A stretch of 61,733 nucleotides of DNA, filler included, from Sphacelaria rigidula (GCA_964200075.2; 10 parts of 10 records of this genome joined end to end with filler, not necessarily neighbours in it); one strand, 5' to 3'; numbered from the whole stretch's first letter, positions 1 to 12,933 are shown. The notes: generated by a model from the sequence alone, not told the origin. Numbers and translations are program-made.

Positions 1-183
1 AAATCGGGTGGAGGTTGAACGGTATAGAAAAAAAAAAAAAAAACACGAGTCAGCACATCACAGGCCAGAATAGTTCTAACCTGTCGATGGACCGCCGATT
101 CGCTTCTCCTGTCTTTTTCGCATCCCGCCGTTGAAACTTTGGCCGAACTGGCGTTTGGGTGGGGGGGGGGGGGCGGCGCGAAG

Positions 184-2541
184 ACGGAGCTCAGCCACAC
201 CTAATCAACATCCAATTTCACAAGAAGATGACGGTGGTGGAGGTGGCATTCTACCTTGACTTCAACCTCGACGAGGCAAGTTTGCCCCCACGAGGTTCAC
301 TGTGAAGCAGCAGGCACCATGGAGCGATTGTATGTGGGCTACACGCCGCGTGTACACCAGGTGTTCGGTCGTTCCTAACGGGTGGCCACTTGAAGCTATC
401 GACGCTGCTCGTTGCGGACAGAGCGTTACTGTCCAACGGCACAGCTTTTTTTTTGTTCAGGTCACGCTTTCTCAACGTGCTGTACGTGTCCCGCTAGCGT
501 CCCACCTACACCGTCTCCCGTCTTCTGCGGCTTTTTGGCAGAGCTACACGCCCAAGAAGATATCAGTTCGAGCCGGCAGCAGCTTTCACGATCTCGTCGA
601 GGTGATGGTGAGTCGTCGACCTCACCACGTGCGGTGTTCCGTTCTCAGAAGGCAACAACGCACGGTCAAATCATCCGGCTAATGCTTGATATGGGCTGTT
701 GTTACTGATGTCAATCATGGTCGTGAGCCAGACTTGCTGATGGCTGAATGTATCCTGCGACCTGTACCCTTTTGTTCTTCTAATATTCTATGTTTCGGCT
801 GCTCTTTCTGTTCCTACACTGTACAATACGGCGTACAGTACACGACCCCCGCGTGATGAATCAATTATTCGGACACGAAAACGCATCGCCCTGCGTGGGA
901 TCTAGAAGGGCGTGATTACATACAACGTACCCCCCGACAATACTATAGGTACTGGTTTGATGTCAAGTGTAGCCGAAAACCTACCACCCCGGGGTGTTAC
1001 CGAGGTGGTGTGTACGACACGATAATGATACAGGTCATGTAGCACCGTGTAATACATATCCTACCAAGCATGTGTAATAGTTCTCTCCCCTTCCGCCGCG
1101 GATTATGATACATTTGTTTGGCTTATCATGTACGAAGATATGTCATACTGTGCCGCAATATAGAGGCTTCGCGCGCCATGCGTGTGTCTCCACTCACTAT
1201 ATAAAACTGATCGCATTAGACCATGCTATTTATTATTTACAAATTGCCAACAATAAAATCAACAGTATTCGTATGGATACTATTATAGTGCACACAGAAC
1301 TCTCGAGCCACAAGTTGCTGGCATAAAAAGACTACACAGGTAAACAATCGAAGCGTGCATACACAGCCGATACCTTTAGGATGATGACGACACAGGGAAA
1401 TTGTTAACTTTGCCATACTTGTCTAAACGAGCCAGGCGATAACTTTTCGCGTGTATACTTGTGTACGGTGTTCATTTATTACCCTGTGTATGTGATGAGC
1501 GTACATACGGCCATCCTAACCCCTGGCCCCTGCGCGTGACCTGTTGATAGCTACATGAAGCATATGAAACAGCTGCAGACGTGATCATAATCCACGTACT
1601 CTTTCCACGCACGTACGGTAGCATGATATAACTTTAGTTCGCTGTAGACACGAGCTTCTGCAGTAGTTTGGGGAACGCATACTCACGTATTGCCAACAGT
1701 ATATGCTGGCCGCTCGAACAAAAACTCACAACAGGTGGTTCCGTAGGTGAGTCCATTGTAATGGGTGTCTCATGTACAGCTTGGACGTCTTCCTCGAGTA
1801 GTTTTTTGCTCTCGTCGGTCACCCAGAATTCCGAACATAGGTTGGGTCTATGCGATGTCGGAGCATAACGCAATCTTGCACCTTCAAGCCGCCGCGCCCC
1901 GGTTGTGTACCTGGTGCGGTACACCTTGAAACCGGTTAGGGTACAAGTTTGAGGTGTCGATAAATCCCAGCAGACGCTTTTTTTTTGTGAGAAAAATTCC
2001 GATTTCCGTCGTCGGAAGCGTGAGGGATGTGAGCGACAAATAAAATTTGACGAGAATCGACGCGGTGCAGGAATGTCAATCCCAACCCCCGATACCAAAA
2101 TATTACGTATGTGCCGTACCGTGACCGTGTACTGTGCCGTGTACCGTACCGTACTATACCGTAGCATGCTGAGGGAGTGAGATAGGTTGATCTGTCGAGA
2201 GTGTGGACTCGTCCCGGGACGGCAAGTGTGTTGGAATTATTACGAATCACACTCTGGATATGAGTGTGGTTCTGCGTAGGACCTTGTACGCCGAAGCATT
2301 GTGGCAGAGACCGACCATTATTTTTTTTATTATTATTATTACTTTTTTCTTTACGTCTTAGTCTACTATGTTGTTCTGTTGTATTTTTTTTCTTCTTTTT
2401 CTTCCGCGAGTGCTTCGGTTTTGTTTCGTGTTGGGTACGTCTATAATGTGACTATGGCTGGATCCCTGAGGGTCAGTTCAAGTGCAACATTCAATCAATC
2501 TAATCAAATCAACACACACACACACACACACACGCAAACAC

Positions 2542-2616
<75 letters not shown>

Positions 2617-3695
2617 AATACGCAAACACGCAGACACACACACACACACACACACAAACACACACACGGATCGCCTCCCGTACCGCCACGGACCCACCAT
2701 GCATCCCTCCGGTACAGATGAAGGAGCTGCATGTCCCCGTTGGGTGGGTTAGGGTCCCGCTAAGTTCACCTGGCGGTGGCGGGGCGGCGGTGGCAGCAAC
2801 GGCAGACGCGGCGGGCGGTACCGAGGGCCCCGCTCTTCGTGCGCATTTTGTTCAGATTTGTGTTGTGGCGATGCACCAGAACGGTCGAGATACGCACATC
2901 CGTCAGGTGAGAGGCGTGAACGTGCATCACTCATGACTGTGCGCGCGCGTGTGTGTGTTTGCCTAGTTGTTGTTGTTCCTGCTCATGAACGGGCCCTCCA
3001 TGGTTGTATTAAATTCGCTCTCTTCTGGCGTACCTTAGCGGAGGACAGGGCTTGACTTCAGTTCAAGTCCCACGTGCAAGCTTCGAATACCCAAGGACAA
3101 GCTTCGCACAGCGGTTCGATTCGGACGCTTTCGATATCCCTTTCTCTGAGGACGGAAAATCGCCAGAGGATAATACTGTATGTAGGTGGGGGGTTCATGG
3201 TCCCAGGGGGAATATGCCTGTATTTTGGTTGCACATGACGAAAAGGGGGTAGCCAATCCGTGCCTGCGTGCACCTAGATCACGTGAGCCCGTCTCATGTC
3301 GAAAACGTAGTGACCCTCAAGTTACTACAGCTGACTCGATAACGGAAGGATCACAGCATATATGCCATGTCTCGTGGAAACTTACATCCTGATGACTACG
3401 CTCCCGACAGAGTTACAGACCCCACGGAGGCACAACAAGCGTGCTGACCCGTGAAAATCCGCTGGCCCAGTTGTATCGGGTCTACTGCAATGCTGCCTTT
3501 GATGCCACCGGCACCAAGAGTTATGGACAGAATAAAGTTCATGTGATCGACGGAAATAAACGCTGTCACAACTCGCCCACTACTGTCTTGGGGCAGGTGA
3601 AGATCTTCGGGCCGAGGGTGGCCTCGGTGCAGCACGATCCGTCCCTGCTGGAGGCTATCTCGCCGGAGTTCGAGCAGTTTTCATGCATCCGATAG
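184..3695 (+). CDS. APC10: Anaphase-promoting complex subunit 10 (DOC1), 5'-partial, spliced; exons ~184-275, 542-607, 2718-2906, 3597-3695
   Basis: Spliced translation DGAQPHLINIQFHKKMTVVEVAFYLDFNLDE/SYTPKKISVRAGSSFHDLVEVM/MKELHVPVGWVRVPL...AMHQNGRDTHIRQ/VKIFGPR...FSCIR* matches APC10 hallmarks (QPHLxNIQF, DESYTP, HQNGRDTH, C-terminal IR tail). All three introns are phase 0; the first has a GC donor (GCAAGT at 276). The start of the first exon is uncertain because it lies next to a poly-G run. Confidence 0.93.
1889..2230 (+). mobile_element. Degenerate tRNA-derived SINE copy in APC10 intron
   Basis: Shares motifs with the 4744-5056 SINE (gccgcgccccgg start, gacgcggtgc, ggttgatc, ggactcgtccc); boundaries approximate. 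Confidence 0.5.
2432..2510 (+). mobile_element. 3' end of a non-LTR retroelement with (AATC)n tail; other copies ~14290-14370 (-) and ~38943-39050 (+)
   Basis: Conserved tgggtacgt..cat..gac..ggctgga..gggtcagttaaagtgcgacaatcaatcaatc in three contigs, preceded by a T-rich region and ending in a short tandem-repeat tail. Confidence 0.6.
2511..2667. repeat. (CA)n microsatellite
   Basis: Direct reading; ends about 50 bp upstream of the APC10 exon 3 acceptor. Confidence 0.95.
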
Positions 3696-4422
3696 CATGG
3701 TCTCCACGGGGACTGACGTGCCGGGGGAGGGGGGGGGGAGCGAAAAACATGGGCGCAACCAACGGGTCTGAGTCAGGGAAACATATATCTGAGCGGTAGT
3801 CAGATATTGGATGTTGTTACATATCCATTGCTTGGCTAGTTGATCCTCGTGCTGCGAGCTTTAGCATGCTTGGCAGTTCCGAGAAAAGCCGGGGCATATG
3901 GCTCTAAACCCGAAAGTGGTATGCAGGCGCTTTGCTCCGATATTACCTCTTCTACTGTATCCGCTAGCAGGGTCTTTAGATTTTTGCGACTGTTGGCAAA
4001 TCATAGTGTGTGTACCAATGCTCATGAAACCTCATTTGCCGTTTACTGTGTACAGTGTAAAATACAAGAGGTTGTGCTTGAACCAAGGGGTGGCATATCT
4101 CTCAGCCCAAGCTCCACACGAAAAGAGAAAGTGCAAGCCCGAAACTTGGTGGAAGGGGGCTTACTCATTTGTTGCTTGCCTTGAGTCATTCGACCATCGA
4201 CCGCGCATCCCTTTCGAGATGGAGCACCTGGGAGGGGGGGGGGGCAAGGCGGATACTACCAACCCAAGTAGTTTTACCGCCGGATGTACTTGGTCTCATG
4301 AAAATGAAGTTGGTTCACGTCTTCAAGTATGTACCTAGACTCGTATAATAGTAGTGGAATGTAAGCTGTTTTCAAGATAATGCTATGGGTTGACAGCGAG
4401 GCAAGAAGATAGAAACTGATGT

Positions 4423-4574
4423 GAGCCATGCTACGATAGGGGGTGGGTGTTCGATTCCACGGAAAAATGTGCTCATAGATGCGTCAAACGACCTCAAACG
4501 ACGACCGAAGTAGAGTTTCGTGGAAGAAAACGCCCCCAAACCCCCCCCCCCCCTCCCCAATCGTAGCATGACTC
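4423..4574. mobile_element. MITE with GAG...CTC termini and 4-bp TSD (Sola-like)
   Basis: atgt-GAGCCATGCTACGATAGGGG ... CCCCAATCGTAGCATGACTC-atgt. Confidence 0.75.
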
Positions 4575-4743
4575 ATGTGGCGATCAAAAAGACATGGGTA
4601 AGGCGGCTGAACAATGGAGTTTCCCGGAGAGTGCGGCACACCCTATAGGGATGGTACAGGAAAGAATAGGTTTGTCTGATCAGGTCTACATCCATTGCAT
4701 CACTCCTGCTTTTGTGTGTAGGGATTTTTGCTCATTATGCGGG

Positions 4744-5056
4744 TGCCGCCGTGCCCCGGTGGCGTAATGGTCCGACTGTCGCCATTAGGGTGGAGAACGA
4801 GGGCTCGATTCCCGATATGCGTTAGGTTTTTTCTTCGTGATGTCTGATTTCCACCGTGGAAAACGTGAGAACGTGAGTAAACAAGTAGTCGACGGAGTTT
4901 GTTTGACGTGAGTTGACGCGGTGCGGGAGTGCTGATAGTCATGACCCAATCCGCGAGACCAAAATGTAAGGCACGTACCGCGGGAGATACATGGGTTGAT
5001 CCCTCGAGCCCACGGACTCATCCCGAGGAAGGGGAGGAGTTCAAAGTGTGCCAACA
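4744..5056 (+). mobile_element. tRNA-derived SINE, near full length
   Basis: A-box-like TGGCGTAATGG and B-box-like GGCTCGATTCC followed by a body shared with copies at 12369-12487 (-), ~37505-37720 (-) and 39283-40182 (+). Confidence 0.75.
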
Positions 5057-6084
5057 TGAAAGAAAAAATGCAACAATGTGAGTAAGGCCAAGAAGGAGGG
5101 GGAGAGGGGGGGGGGGAGTGAAAGCTGCGCCTCCCTTTGCCTGAACGAGCGACTAGACTAACGTGCCGTCTGCAAGGTAGCTGTCTCATGTGGCGGTATG
5201 GCCACCAACGGACGAGATTTTTATGGGCCACCTCACAGCGAGCCGAAGAAGGCATGCTCCAAACACGCGGGCGTTGTCCTAAATCAGGAATCATGTACAG
5301 TCAGCCGACTTGCTCTGACAAACGCATCCACGCACTCCATACAAAGGCGAGAGAAGTGCAACACGTGTAGACGTCCTGCATCATGGGAGAGGAAACGGTT
5401 CGCCTCGGTGTAAGGCCTGACGTTTCTCTGTATCAACCGGCTCCCAACACTGAGTAGGCTGGTTCCCAACCCTGCAAAGCATTTGACTGAAGCTCTAACG
5501 TCGCAAGCCTCAGCGCAAACGATAACTCGCATGACCACGCAGCTCTTCATGTAAACTTACTCTATTTACCATGACCACGAACGGCAACATGAAGCCGACG
5601 CCGAAAACACATGAGGTGGGCAAAAAACGTCACCTGTAGCATCATCATTCATTCTACTGACGCAAATTGCCATGCTCCCCGAAGAGCAATATGCCGCCTC
5701 GGAGAAGTGTCATTTTCCCCCCAAACATTATCCCTCCTTTTAAGGCCAACAAAAGGTCTCTACCCTAAAATCGTTTGCGCCGCGGGGAAAAAAACGCCCC
5801 CGCAGCCCTACGTTTTTCTCGCGCTTCAGTTGAAATGCAACAAGCAATCAATCAAGCAAGCAGCCAAATGTTCGCGATTAATAAACGTCCACGTCATCAA
5901 GATGTTGATTCATATCTCATGCGAACATTCGCACTGAACGTTCACTGTCGATGCTTTCTGGGACCACGAAATTTTCGAACGCAACAGAGCCATCCCCCCC
6001 CCCCCCCCCCCGTCCCCCCCCGCGTGTTTTTTTTGGGCTTCATTGCGTCCCTTTGTTACCCATTACAACCCCAGGCGAAAAACG

Positions 6085-6184
6085 NNNNNNNNNNNNNNNN
6101 NNNNNNNNNNNNNNNNNNNNNNNNNNNNTTAATTAATTAANNNNNNNNNNNNNNNNNNNNNNNNNNNNNNNNNNNNNNNNNNNN
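6085..6184. other. Artificial contig linker N44-TTAATTAATTAA-N44; repeated at 12269, 18453, 24636, 30819, 37002, 43185, 49368, 55551
   Basis: Nine identical 100-nt linkers with stops in all six frames separate contigs of 6084/6083 bp. Confidence 0.98.
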
Positions 6185-7026
6185 AGGTGCCTCAACAAGC
6201 ATACCTCCAGTCTCAAGACCCCTGACTATCACATGTTGCCGTACCACGAAGTCCTCGGACGAACTAGCTTCGAGTGCATTGAGGCCACCGTGATTAAACG
6301 GACCCTCCTACACGCCGGCCACGTCATGCGCATGCACGATGACCGCCTCCCCAACATAGTCATGCGTGGAGTGATGGTTGGAGGGAACACGGGGGCAGGC
6401 CGACCCGCAAGGTGTCTACAACATTGCATCACCGAGTGCTGCTCATACTTCGGAATACCCGCGACATCGTGGACGCAGGTTGCCCAAGATGTGCCCGAAT
6501 GGTCTCGAGTTGTGGAGGAGGGGGCTTGGACCCACGCACGTCGAGCTAAGGAATTGTTCGCCGCACTGCCTCTATAGAGTTCCCCGAGGACCTCCAAAAA
6601 GTAACCTGTAGTCCATTCGGGAAGTACACTTGCTGCAGCCATTCTCCGAACTCCGTGGTAGTCGTCTGTGACGGTGCCTGGGGTTGTTTTTTGTTTTTGA
6701 GTTGAACCCGAACATAGTGGCCATGCTAATCTCCCTGTGTCACCTGTCTTTTCCTGTTTTGTCCTCTATTTTCTTCTCTGCTCCTTTCTTTCGGTGTACA
6801 TCTCTCACAGATCTGGCGTTTCTTTTCTTTCTTTCTTTTCTCTCCTCGTTGATCTCGGGGGAGCTACTTCTCACCGGTTTTCGTGGTGTATCTCTTTTTG
6901 TTTTCATTTTTGGTAGTATATCTTGGTAAGAAATAGCAGGGACGGTATTGGAAAGGCGAGCCTGCGTCTGTGACCACGGGTTCGTGAGATCGGATTAATA
7001 TACGGAAATAAAATAAATAAATAATA
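6185..7026 (+). mobile_element. 3' part of an RTE-type LINE (ORF C-terminus to stop at 6577, T-rich 3'UTR, (AAAT)n tail)
   Basis: IEATVIKRTLLHAGHVMRMHDDRLPNIVMRG..GRP resembles the post-RT C-terminal motif of RTE-clade ORFs (RxLxWxGHVxRMxxxRLP). Confidence 0.75.
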
Positions 7027-7359
7027 GTAGGAACAAGCGTAGCAGACAAAAGGGCACCGAGTTCATGGGGATGGGTCACAAAACAAAAATTAAACTAAAA
7101 CCAGCCATTTCGTTGTTTTCCATAATTTTCGAAACGTTTTCAACCCTGGGTTTCTGTGTTGATGGACACACGTGCGCTACTCAAGCCCCATGTATCGCAG
7201 AGAGGTCAAAGATATTGAATTGTTCGGCTCTTTTTTCTGTCCAGGCTGGGTCTGGGCTTCATCTCCCCCTGCTAGGTGGCTACAGCCAGAACAGTACAGT
7301 ATATCGATGATATTTTCACAAGCACCATGTCATCATGACATAAGGTTATAAAGGGACCA

Positions 7360-8450
7360 TTTTTACCACGGATGAAGGCGTACAACTACTCGTGCGTCGC
7401 CCCACGCCTTAGTAGAGCGCAACTTCCGTCTCGACCACGGGACGCCACGCACGACTACTCGATGATGAACGAACGCGCATATCTGTCCCATTATTAATGC
7501 GCCCCTGGGTCATGAAAGGCTGTCACACAGACTTGGCATGTCAACTTGGCGTCACCCGCACCCTAAACACTATATTTGTGAGATCCAGAGGGTAGTTTCA
7601 GATTCAGAGTGGATGCTCTCGCTTTCCCAACATGCACTTTTTTTTTTTTTGCTTGAGCACACGTGCTGTGCATGCAGCTACCGTACAGTACCTCATTCGA
7701 AGAATTCGGCGGTCTGGTTTTTACCCCTGGGGGGCATTTCGGAACTGAAAGTGTTTCAGGCACTAATCGGTTATCCTGAAAGAGGGTATATTTTGTTGCA
7801 ATGGACTGACAACGTCGTTGCGATCAAGTGATGTGTCAAAGCGATCGTGTAGGTGACAGCTTTCATTGAAGTCACCGCTTCACCAGCTGGGCGCATTACG
7901 CCTCGAACTGTGGCGATGTCAAAATCGACGGGACAGTCGATTGTTTCGGGTCTCACTCTGAATCTGAAACTTCGTTCTGAATCTCACCAATATAGTGTTC
8001 CTAGCGCTCTTGGAACGCTTCTACCGTTGGGTTGGCATGGAAATTTCCACCCGCTTCTGGATTCGGCGATGCTTTACATGCCAAGCCCGAAAAACTTCAG
8101 GGCAGACAGTACGCTGGCCCGTCATCTCCATGGGGCTCCCCAACGCCCCGAGCCATCTTGTGTCCTTTGACTACTTTGGCCCTCTACCGACCACAGGTCG
8201 CGGCAACACCCACATCTTACTCTTCACTGACCGCTTCAGTCGCCACGCGTCCATGTACGTGGTAACCGCTGCAGATTTTCTCTGCCGCAGGAACGGCCGA
8301 TATATTGGTCCACGACTACATCGAGCACTATGGTAGCCCGGAACGACTTCTTTTAGACAAGGGTCAGTAATTTTGCTCAGATCTCTCTGATGAGCTTTAC
8401 AAGCTCATGGGCATCCGCAAAATTGCCACGAGCGCGTACCACCTGAGCGG
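7360..8450 (+). pseudogene. Decayed Ty3/Gypsy integrase (Zn-binding and catalytic core), interrupted by a MITE
   Basis: WVMKGCHTDLACQLGVTRTL/ALLERFYRWVGM...IRRCFTCQARK...VSFDYFGPLP..GNTHILLFTDRFSR...PERLLLDKGQ...ATSAYH; frameshifts and stops. Confidence 0.85.
7566..7999. mobile_element. 434-bp MITE with ~46-bp imperfect TIRs (AACACTATA...) and 4-bp TSD CCTA
   Basis: Removing the element and one CCTA restores the integrase frame (ACC CTA GCG CTC TTG GAA = TLALLE). Confidence 0.88.
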
Positions 8451-9349
8451 TCTACATCTGATCCCTCTGTCATGGGGTCGACTACGTCAAGGCACTCTCC
8501 ATGATTACAAAAGATAAAACTATCCATCTTTCGCCACGGGTCACGGAATAGAGCCTCACAACGAAGTCGGCTCCGAGTCACCTGAAGCAGAATTGTGATG
8601 GTAAATGACTGCGTGCCTGAATTAAACTAGTTCCTTGGGATTCGCAAATGGGTCCCCAGAAACGACCGGCGGGTATGGAAAAATTCTAGTCGAATGCATG
8701 CTGTATAATGCAGGGATTGGATTGCTTTATTGTTGAAGCGTTGATGTCGGAAAAAGGATTGTACCCGATTAGCCGCGTGTACCTGCTGATACTACAGCCT
8801 TGATTAGCTAAAAGCACGGCGTGTCGCGCTGATTTGATAGTATGACGGGGTTGTACGCGAGGCAGGATGAGGGCGAACAGTACGCCGACCCTCGCCTACG
8901 GGGTTCACTCGACACCCCGACCGGCCTCCAAACACGTATTGGATAAAGAAGAGCTTTTGAACCATCACCTACCACCTTCGGTCTCTCTGCCTCGACGGTC
9001 GCGAGCCACAGCAATTGACGTGAGTCTCTTGTTGTGCTGTACTTTTACCCTCATCCACAACTATTACTTGTTTTCTGGCTTTGGGGCTGTGTGGTTTTCC
9101 CCTTTGACAGCCGGGCTATTGGATTGAGAGATTGAAACAACAGTTTGAGGGCAGCAAGTCGAACCAGGATCGCTTGTTGACACCTCACAAGGGTGTGGCT
9201 TGCTTGCGTTCGGCGTATACGGTTCTACTGCTTGCGGTATTTGCCGATACCACCACAGAATCCCTACCGTTGAATAACACGGTAGAGCAACAGCGACAAA
9301 ATTGAAGGACGTTCATGAGCTGTTAACCCAACGCCACCAGCGTAGGGAA

Positions 9350-9610
9350 GAGATATAAGATATGATGCCAGTCAAAGAGTCTGACAGCTCCCTTCTGAAC
9401 GAAGATGTACCGGCCACATTAGTACACGACTTATGGACTGGGCCGTGGACGGTGCAGCAGGTGGTGATCCCAGGTCTCAATCTTGAGGTCAAAATTCAGG
9501 TGCGTAAAGTACGAGAGTGAACGGTGTTCGTGGCCAACGTGAAGAAATTTCATGTGCGCCCAGAACAGCTGCAGCACTCATTCCCAGGCGAGGTCTTTTA
9601 GCTAGCTTGG
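9350..9610 (+). pseudogene. Gypsy integrase C-terminal (GPY/F-type) remnant
   Basis: LVHDLWTGPWTVQQVVIPGLNLEVKIQVRKVRE*TVFVANVKKFHVRP. Confidence 0.6.
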
Positions 9611-9949
9611 GGGGGCAGATTTAGGGTTGGCTGTGGACATCATGTCCACAACTCTACAATAATATTCAGCACTGTTGTCGGCCTCGATGCCACCCTTCTT
9701 GGTCGCCTGTCTGTCACCGCTGCAAGGTATGTCTGCTGGGCCGCCCCTGCTAGACCTCTGCCGTCGAAACCTCCGCCCGCCGCAGTAGCCGCTACCGACA
9801 GCATGCCCACTTTCCCCCTCGTCCACCCCCTGACGCCGCCAGACCGGCGTGCCGTCATCGTTAGCCCGCCGCCAACAACACTTGCCACCGCGACCGCCGC
9901 CTGGTGCCCTCCCCGAAGGACATTTGCTCCGTCACCTCCCCTTCGGCCA

Positions 9950-10560
9950 CATCTCGGCATTCGGCGATAGGAGGAATCCTTTCCAGCGCAGTAGGGTTTT
10001 TCTTGTAATTTACTGATTTGAAGAACCAGTTCGTCATCTCCTGCTGCTCGTCAAGCCCTACCCTTGCCCAATTCTTGTTGTCGCACGAGATGAACGAAAA
10101 TTTCCGTTTCGCGACCTCAAGTTTGATTCGGCCATGTGTGCCATGTGCATCAGGCGTAGAACAATCAGCTACTGGTAGCGGTTTTTACTTGTCACGCGGA
10201 ACATGCTAGCAAAAGTAGGAAGGTACCTGCGCAGGCCCGTCCGAAACGCCGGAACGCCGCTGGGCGGTAGTAGAGGTCGAAGCTCTCCCACACGCAGAAT
10301 CTCCTGCAGATAAGAGGGTACATCAACCGAAACGTCTCCTTATCCCCCGCGATACTATACATGCCGGCCGCGTCACTCTCATCCGTGCGGTGTATGTCGG
10401 CAAGATGTTCAATCACGGCTTTCGAGTCGGCCCAACTGTTGGTGCTACCCAATTTCATTACCGCCGGCTGATCGATGGCGAAAACTCCCGTATGTTCTGT
10501 TCTGACGCCGATGTACTCGAGACTTCGCAGATCGCGCCTTCTCTACTCGATCGCCTTCTT
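9950..10560 (-). pseudogene. Possible retrotransposon gag-like remnant
   Basis: Coding-like stretch LEYIGVRTEHTGVFAIDQPAVMKLGSTNSWADSKAVIEHL... followed by a broken Cys-rich knuckle-like segment (PYCAGK..ECR) near 9960-10000. Confidence 0.35.
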
Positions 10561-12028
10561 AGCTTACTCTCTGCGCTCCGCCAGTCATTTTGCCCCTCCG
10601 CCGCCCTCATATTTTCTACAGCTACCCCATCAGTGACCGACGCCCCTGAGTCACTGAACAGTGTAGTGGTCGTGTGTTTCTCGCCCGACTGGAAACTCAT
10701 TTCCTTTTTCGCTGCGCCCGCGCCGTGGCCAACGTGTCCCCCTGTAATTCATCTCGCATTTTCCAAAGGAACTGTAACGTTGACGTCTATTGGTCGAGAT
10801 CTACTCTATACCACGGATGTGTCATGTATCAGATGGGATGGTGGCCCTAGCGATGAAGATACTTCACTACCTGTCTGGAGGAGATGGGACAACGATATAT
10901 GGGTGCAAGGTGTCATTGTTTTGGTCTATGCAAAATAGCAACCGTCGGAGTCGGGGGTGCATGTGAGGGTCTATTGTGCCCCAATCCAGGCGCCCTCGAT
11001 TTCTCTCAGAAGCCATAGCCATCACCAGAAACAGGGACAAAACAGTCAGATGCGTGCAATCTTCAGCGTTTATAGTTTGCAGGGTATCGCTGCATCCGGA
11101 GACTCGCGGGTGCTTTTACCTCGGGAATGATTCTGGTGTCGTATGTTAAGCTCGGACTGCCCCAGCCTAAGTAGCCATTCACACGTCGCACTGAATGATT
11201 GAGCCTTGGGGACCCTCCACATCTACCGTGAGCGAATATCCGGGGGGGGGGTGTGAGAGGTTGAACATCTATGGTTTTGATCAAACGGGTCGTCCATCGT
11301 GAGTTTCTCATGCTGTGCCGGCCTACGATAACGGATTTGTATTTTTTGCCCATCATATCTGTTGGTCGCAAGGTTTGATTGTGATACCGGTCAACTTCAC
11401 AAGTCGAAATCCATGCCCACGTCAAACCTGTTGATCTTGCTCTGTGTAGAGAGTCATGCGAACCCGGGTACAGGATCCCAACATGCGCTTCTTCTGCCGA
11501 TAGGAGCACCACCATAGCAGCGATGTACAACTTCGTTCATAGGCAACGCAACCCACACGTTTACAAGCAACCCGCGTCCGCAATCAGGCTCGTTATTATC
11601 GACACTGTTTTTCCCCGAGACCTCCGAAGTTATCAAACATGTTCGTGGACTGACTAACGGTGGACCTTAGCAGGTGATTCTTGCACGCTTTGACCCCACC
11701 GCCATGTAGATATGCACTATTGTACTACCCTACATGTCATTTCCTTTTTGCGGTCGAGGCACTTCCGCACCAAGCATTATTTCGCAGGCTGTGCCTGACT
11801 CTATAACACTTCCCTGTGCTGTACTGTGCTGTACTATACTGCACGGTACCTACTGTACTGAACTGGGGTGTACCATTTGTGCCATAAATTTTACTCCAGA
11901 GCGTACATGAACTGGTGTCGAGTAACCTTTGAATCTTTCGAATTTCAGCCAAATCATTTCATTTACAGCACAGACGGATTTCAGCAAATCCTTTTGCCGT
12001 GGAAAGCTTGTGCTCTCTAGATGGTGAA

Positions 12029-12268
12029 GAGTGATGCTGCGATAGGGTCTGCATTTTTGGGTCCAAAACCTTCCTCAGAGCCACGAGAGTAATGCTCCAT
12101 CGAGAATATTGTGACCTTCGCCCGAACCTCAGACTGGAATTATTTCATGGGTCATGGATGCATGTTCCACCCTGAGGCTCTAAGAACTGTGGTGAGAGTC
12201 AAAGGTGATTCGACATGCCTAAATCCCGATTTCCTCTCAGACCGCAAAAGCGCAGACCCTATCGCAGC
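12029..12268. mobile_element. Sola-like MITE, right end cut by contig end
   Basis: GAGTGATGCTGCGATAGGGTCTGC ... GCAGACCCTATCGCAGC inverted match. Confidence 0.65.
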
Positions 12269-12368
12269 NNNNNNNNNNNNNNNNNNNNNNNNNNNNNNNN
12301 NNNNNNNNNNNNTTAATTAATTAANNNNNNNNNNNNNNNNNNNNNNNNNNNNNNNNNNNNNNNNNNNN

Positions 12369-12487
12369 TTTCCACGGTGGAAATCATACATTACCAAGAA
12401 AAAACCCAATGCATCGGGAATCGAACCCCCGTTCTCTCCACCCTAATGGTGACAGTCGGACTATTACACCACCGGGGCGCGGCGGCA
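12369..12487 (-). mobile_element. 5' tRNA-like head of SINE
   Basis: Reverse complement reads tgccgccgcgccccggTGGTGTAATAG...GGTTCGATTCCcgatgcattgg, same family as 4744. Confidence 0.7.
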
Positions 12488-12933
12488 ATCGCTATCTGTC
12501 GTTATTGCCAATATCCAATCATACACTCTATTTTTATTGTAGCTCAAACGCGGCGGGGGGCTGAGATGCATTAGGTGTCCTGAGAGCAGATGGTCATTAG
12601 GCTGCCAATCGCAGTGAGCCCTCTCAAGCTGAAATTAGCTCGAGTGTTCCGGAGTCTGATAACTGAACCCGGAAGACAAATATATGCACAAAAATGTTAC
12701 TGGGATGGTGACGGGAGTTGACCGCGAGTCAGATTAATCGAACTGATTCGGTACCTTGATTTCAAAAGAAATGCAGCGGGCGAAGTGCCGGAGTTCATTG
12801 CCTGGAGACCGAATCACGGCACACGTCCGTTGGGAAGATAATGAGAAAAAACCATCTGGTCGCCCAACGAGGATTCGTGTGCGTTAGATTCCTCCTGACG
12901 TGTCTACCTCGCAGTTCGTCTGTTTGCCTTTAA

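Noticed and set aside
2301..2936. His/Thr- or Cys/Val-rich ORFs (also 59400-60200, 29603-30066)
   Set aside because: Products of (CA)n or (TTG)n microsatellites lacking stops; only the embedded exons are real.
4744..4825. Functional tRNA genes (also ~12400-12487, ~33350-33420, ~39283-39365)
   Set aside because: A/B boxes are present but I could not fold a clean cloverleaf; most continue into a shared repeat body, so they are SINE heads or decayed tRNA-like sequence.
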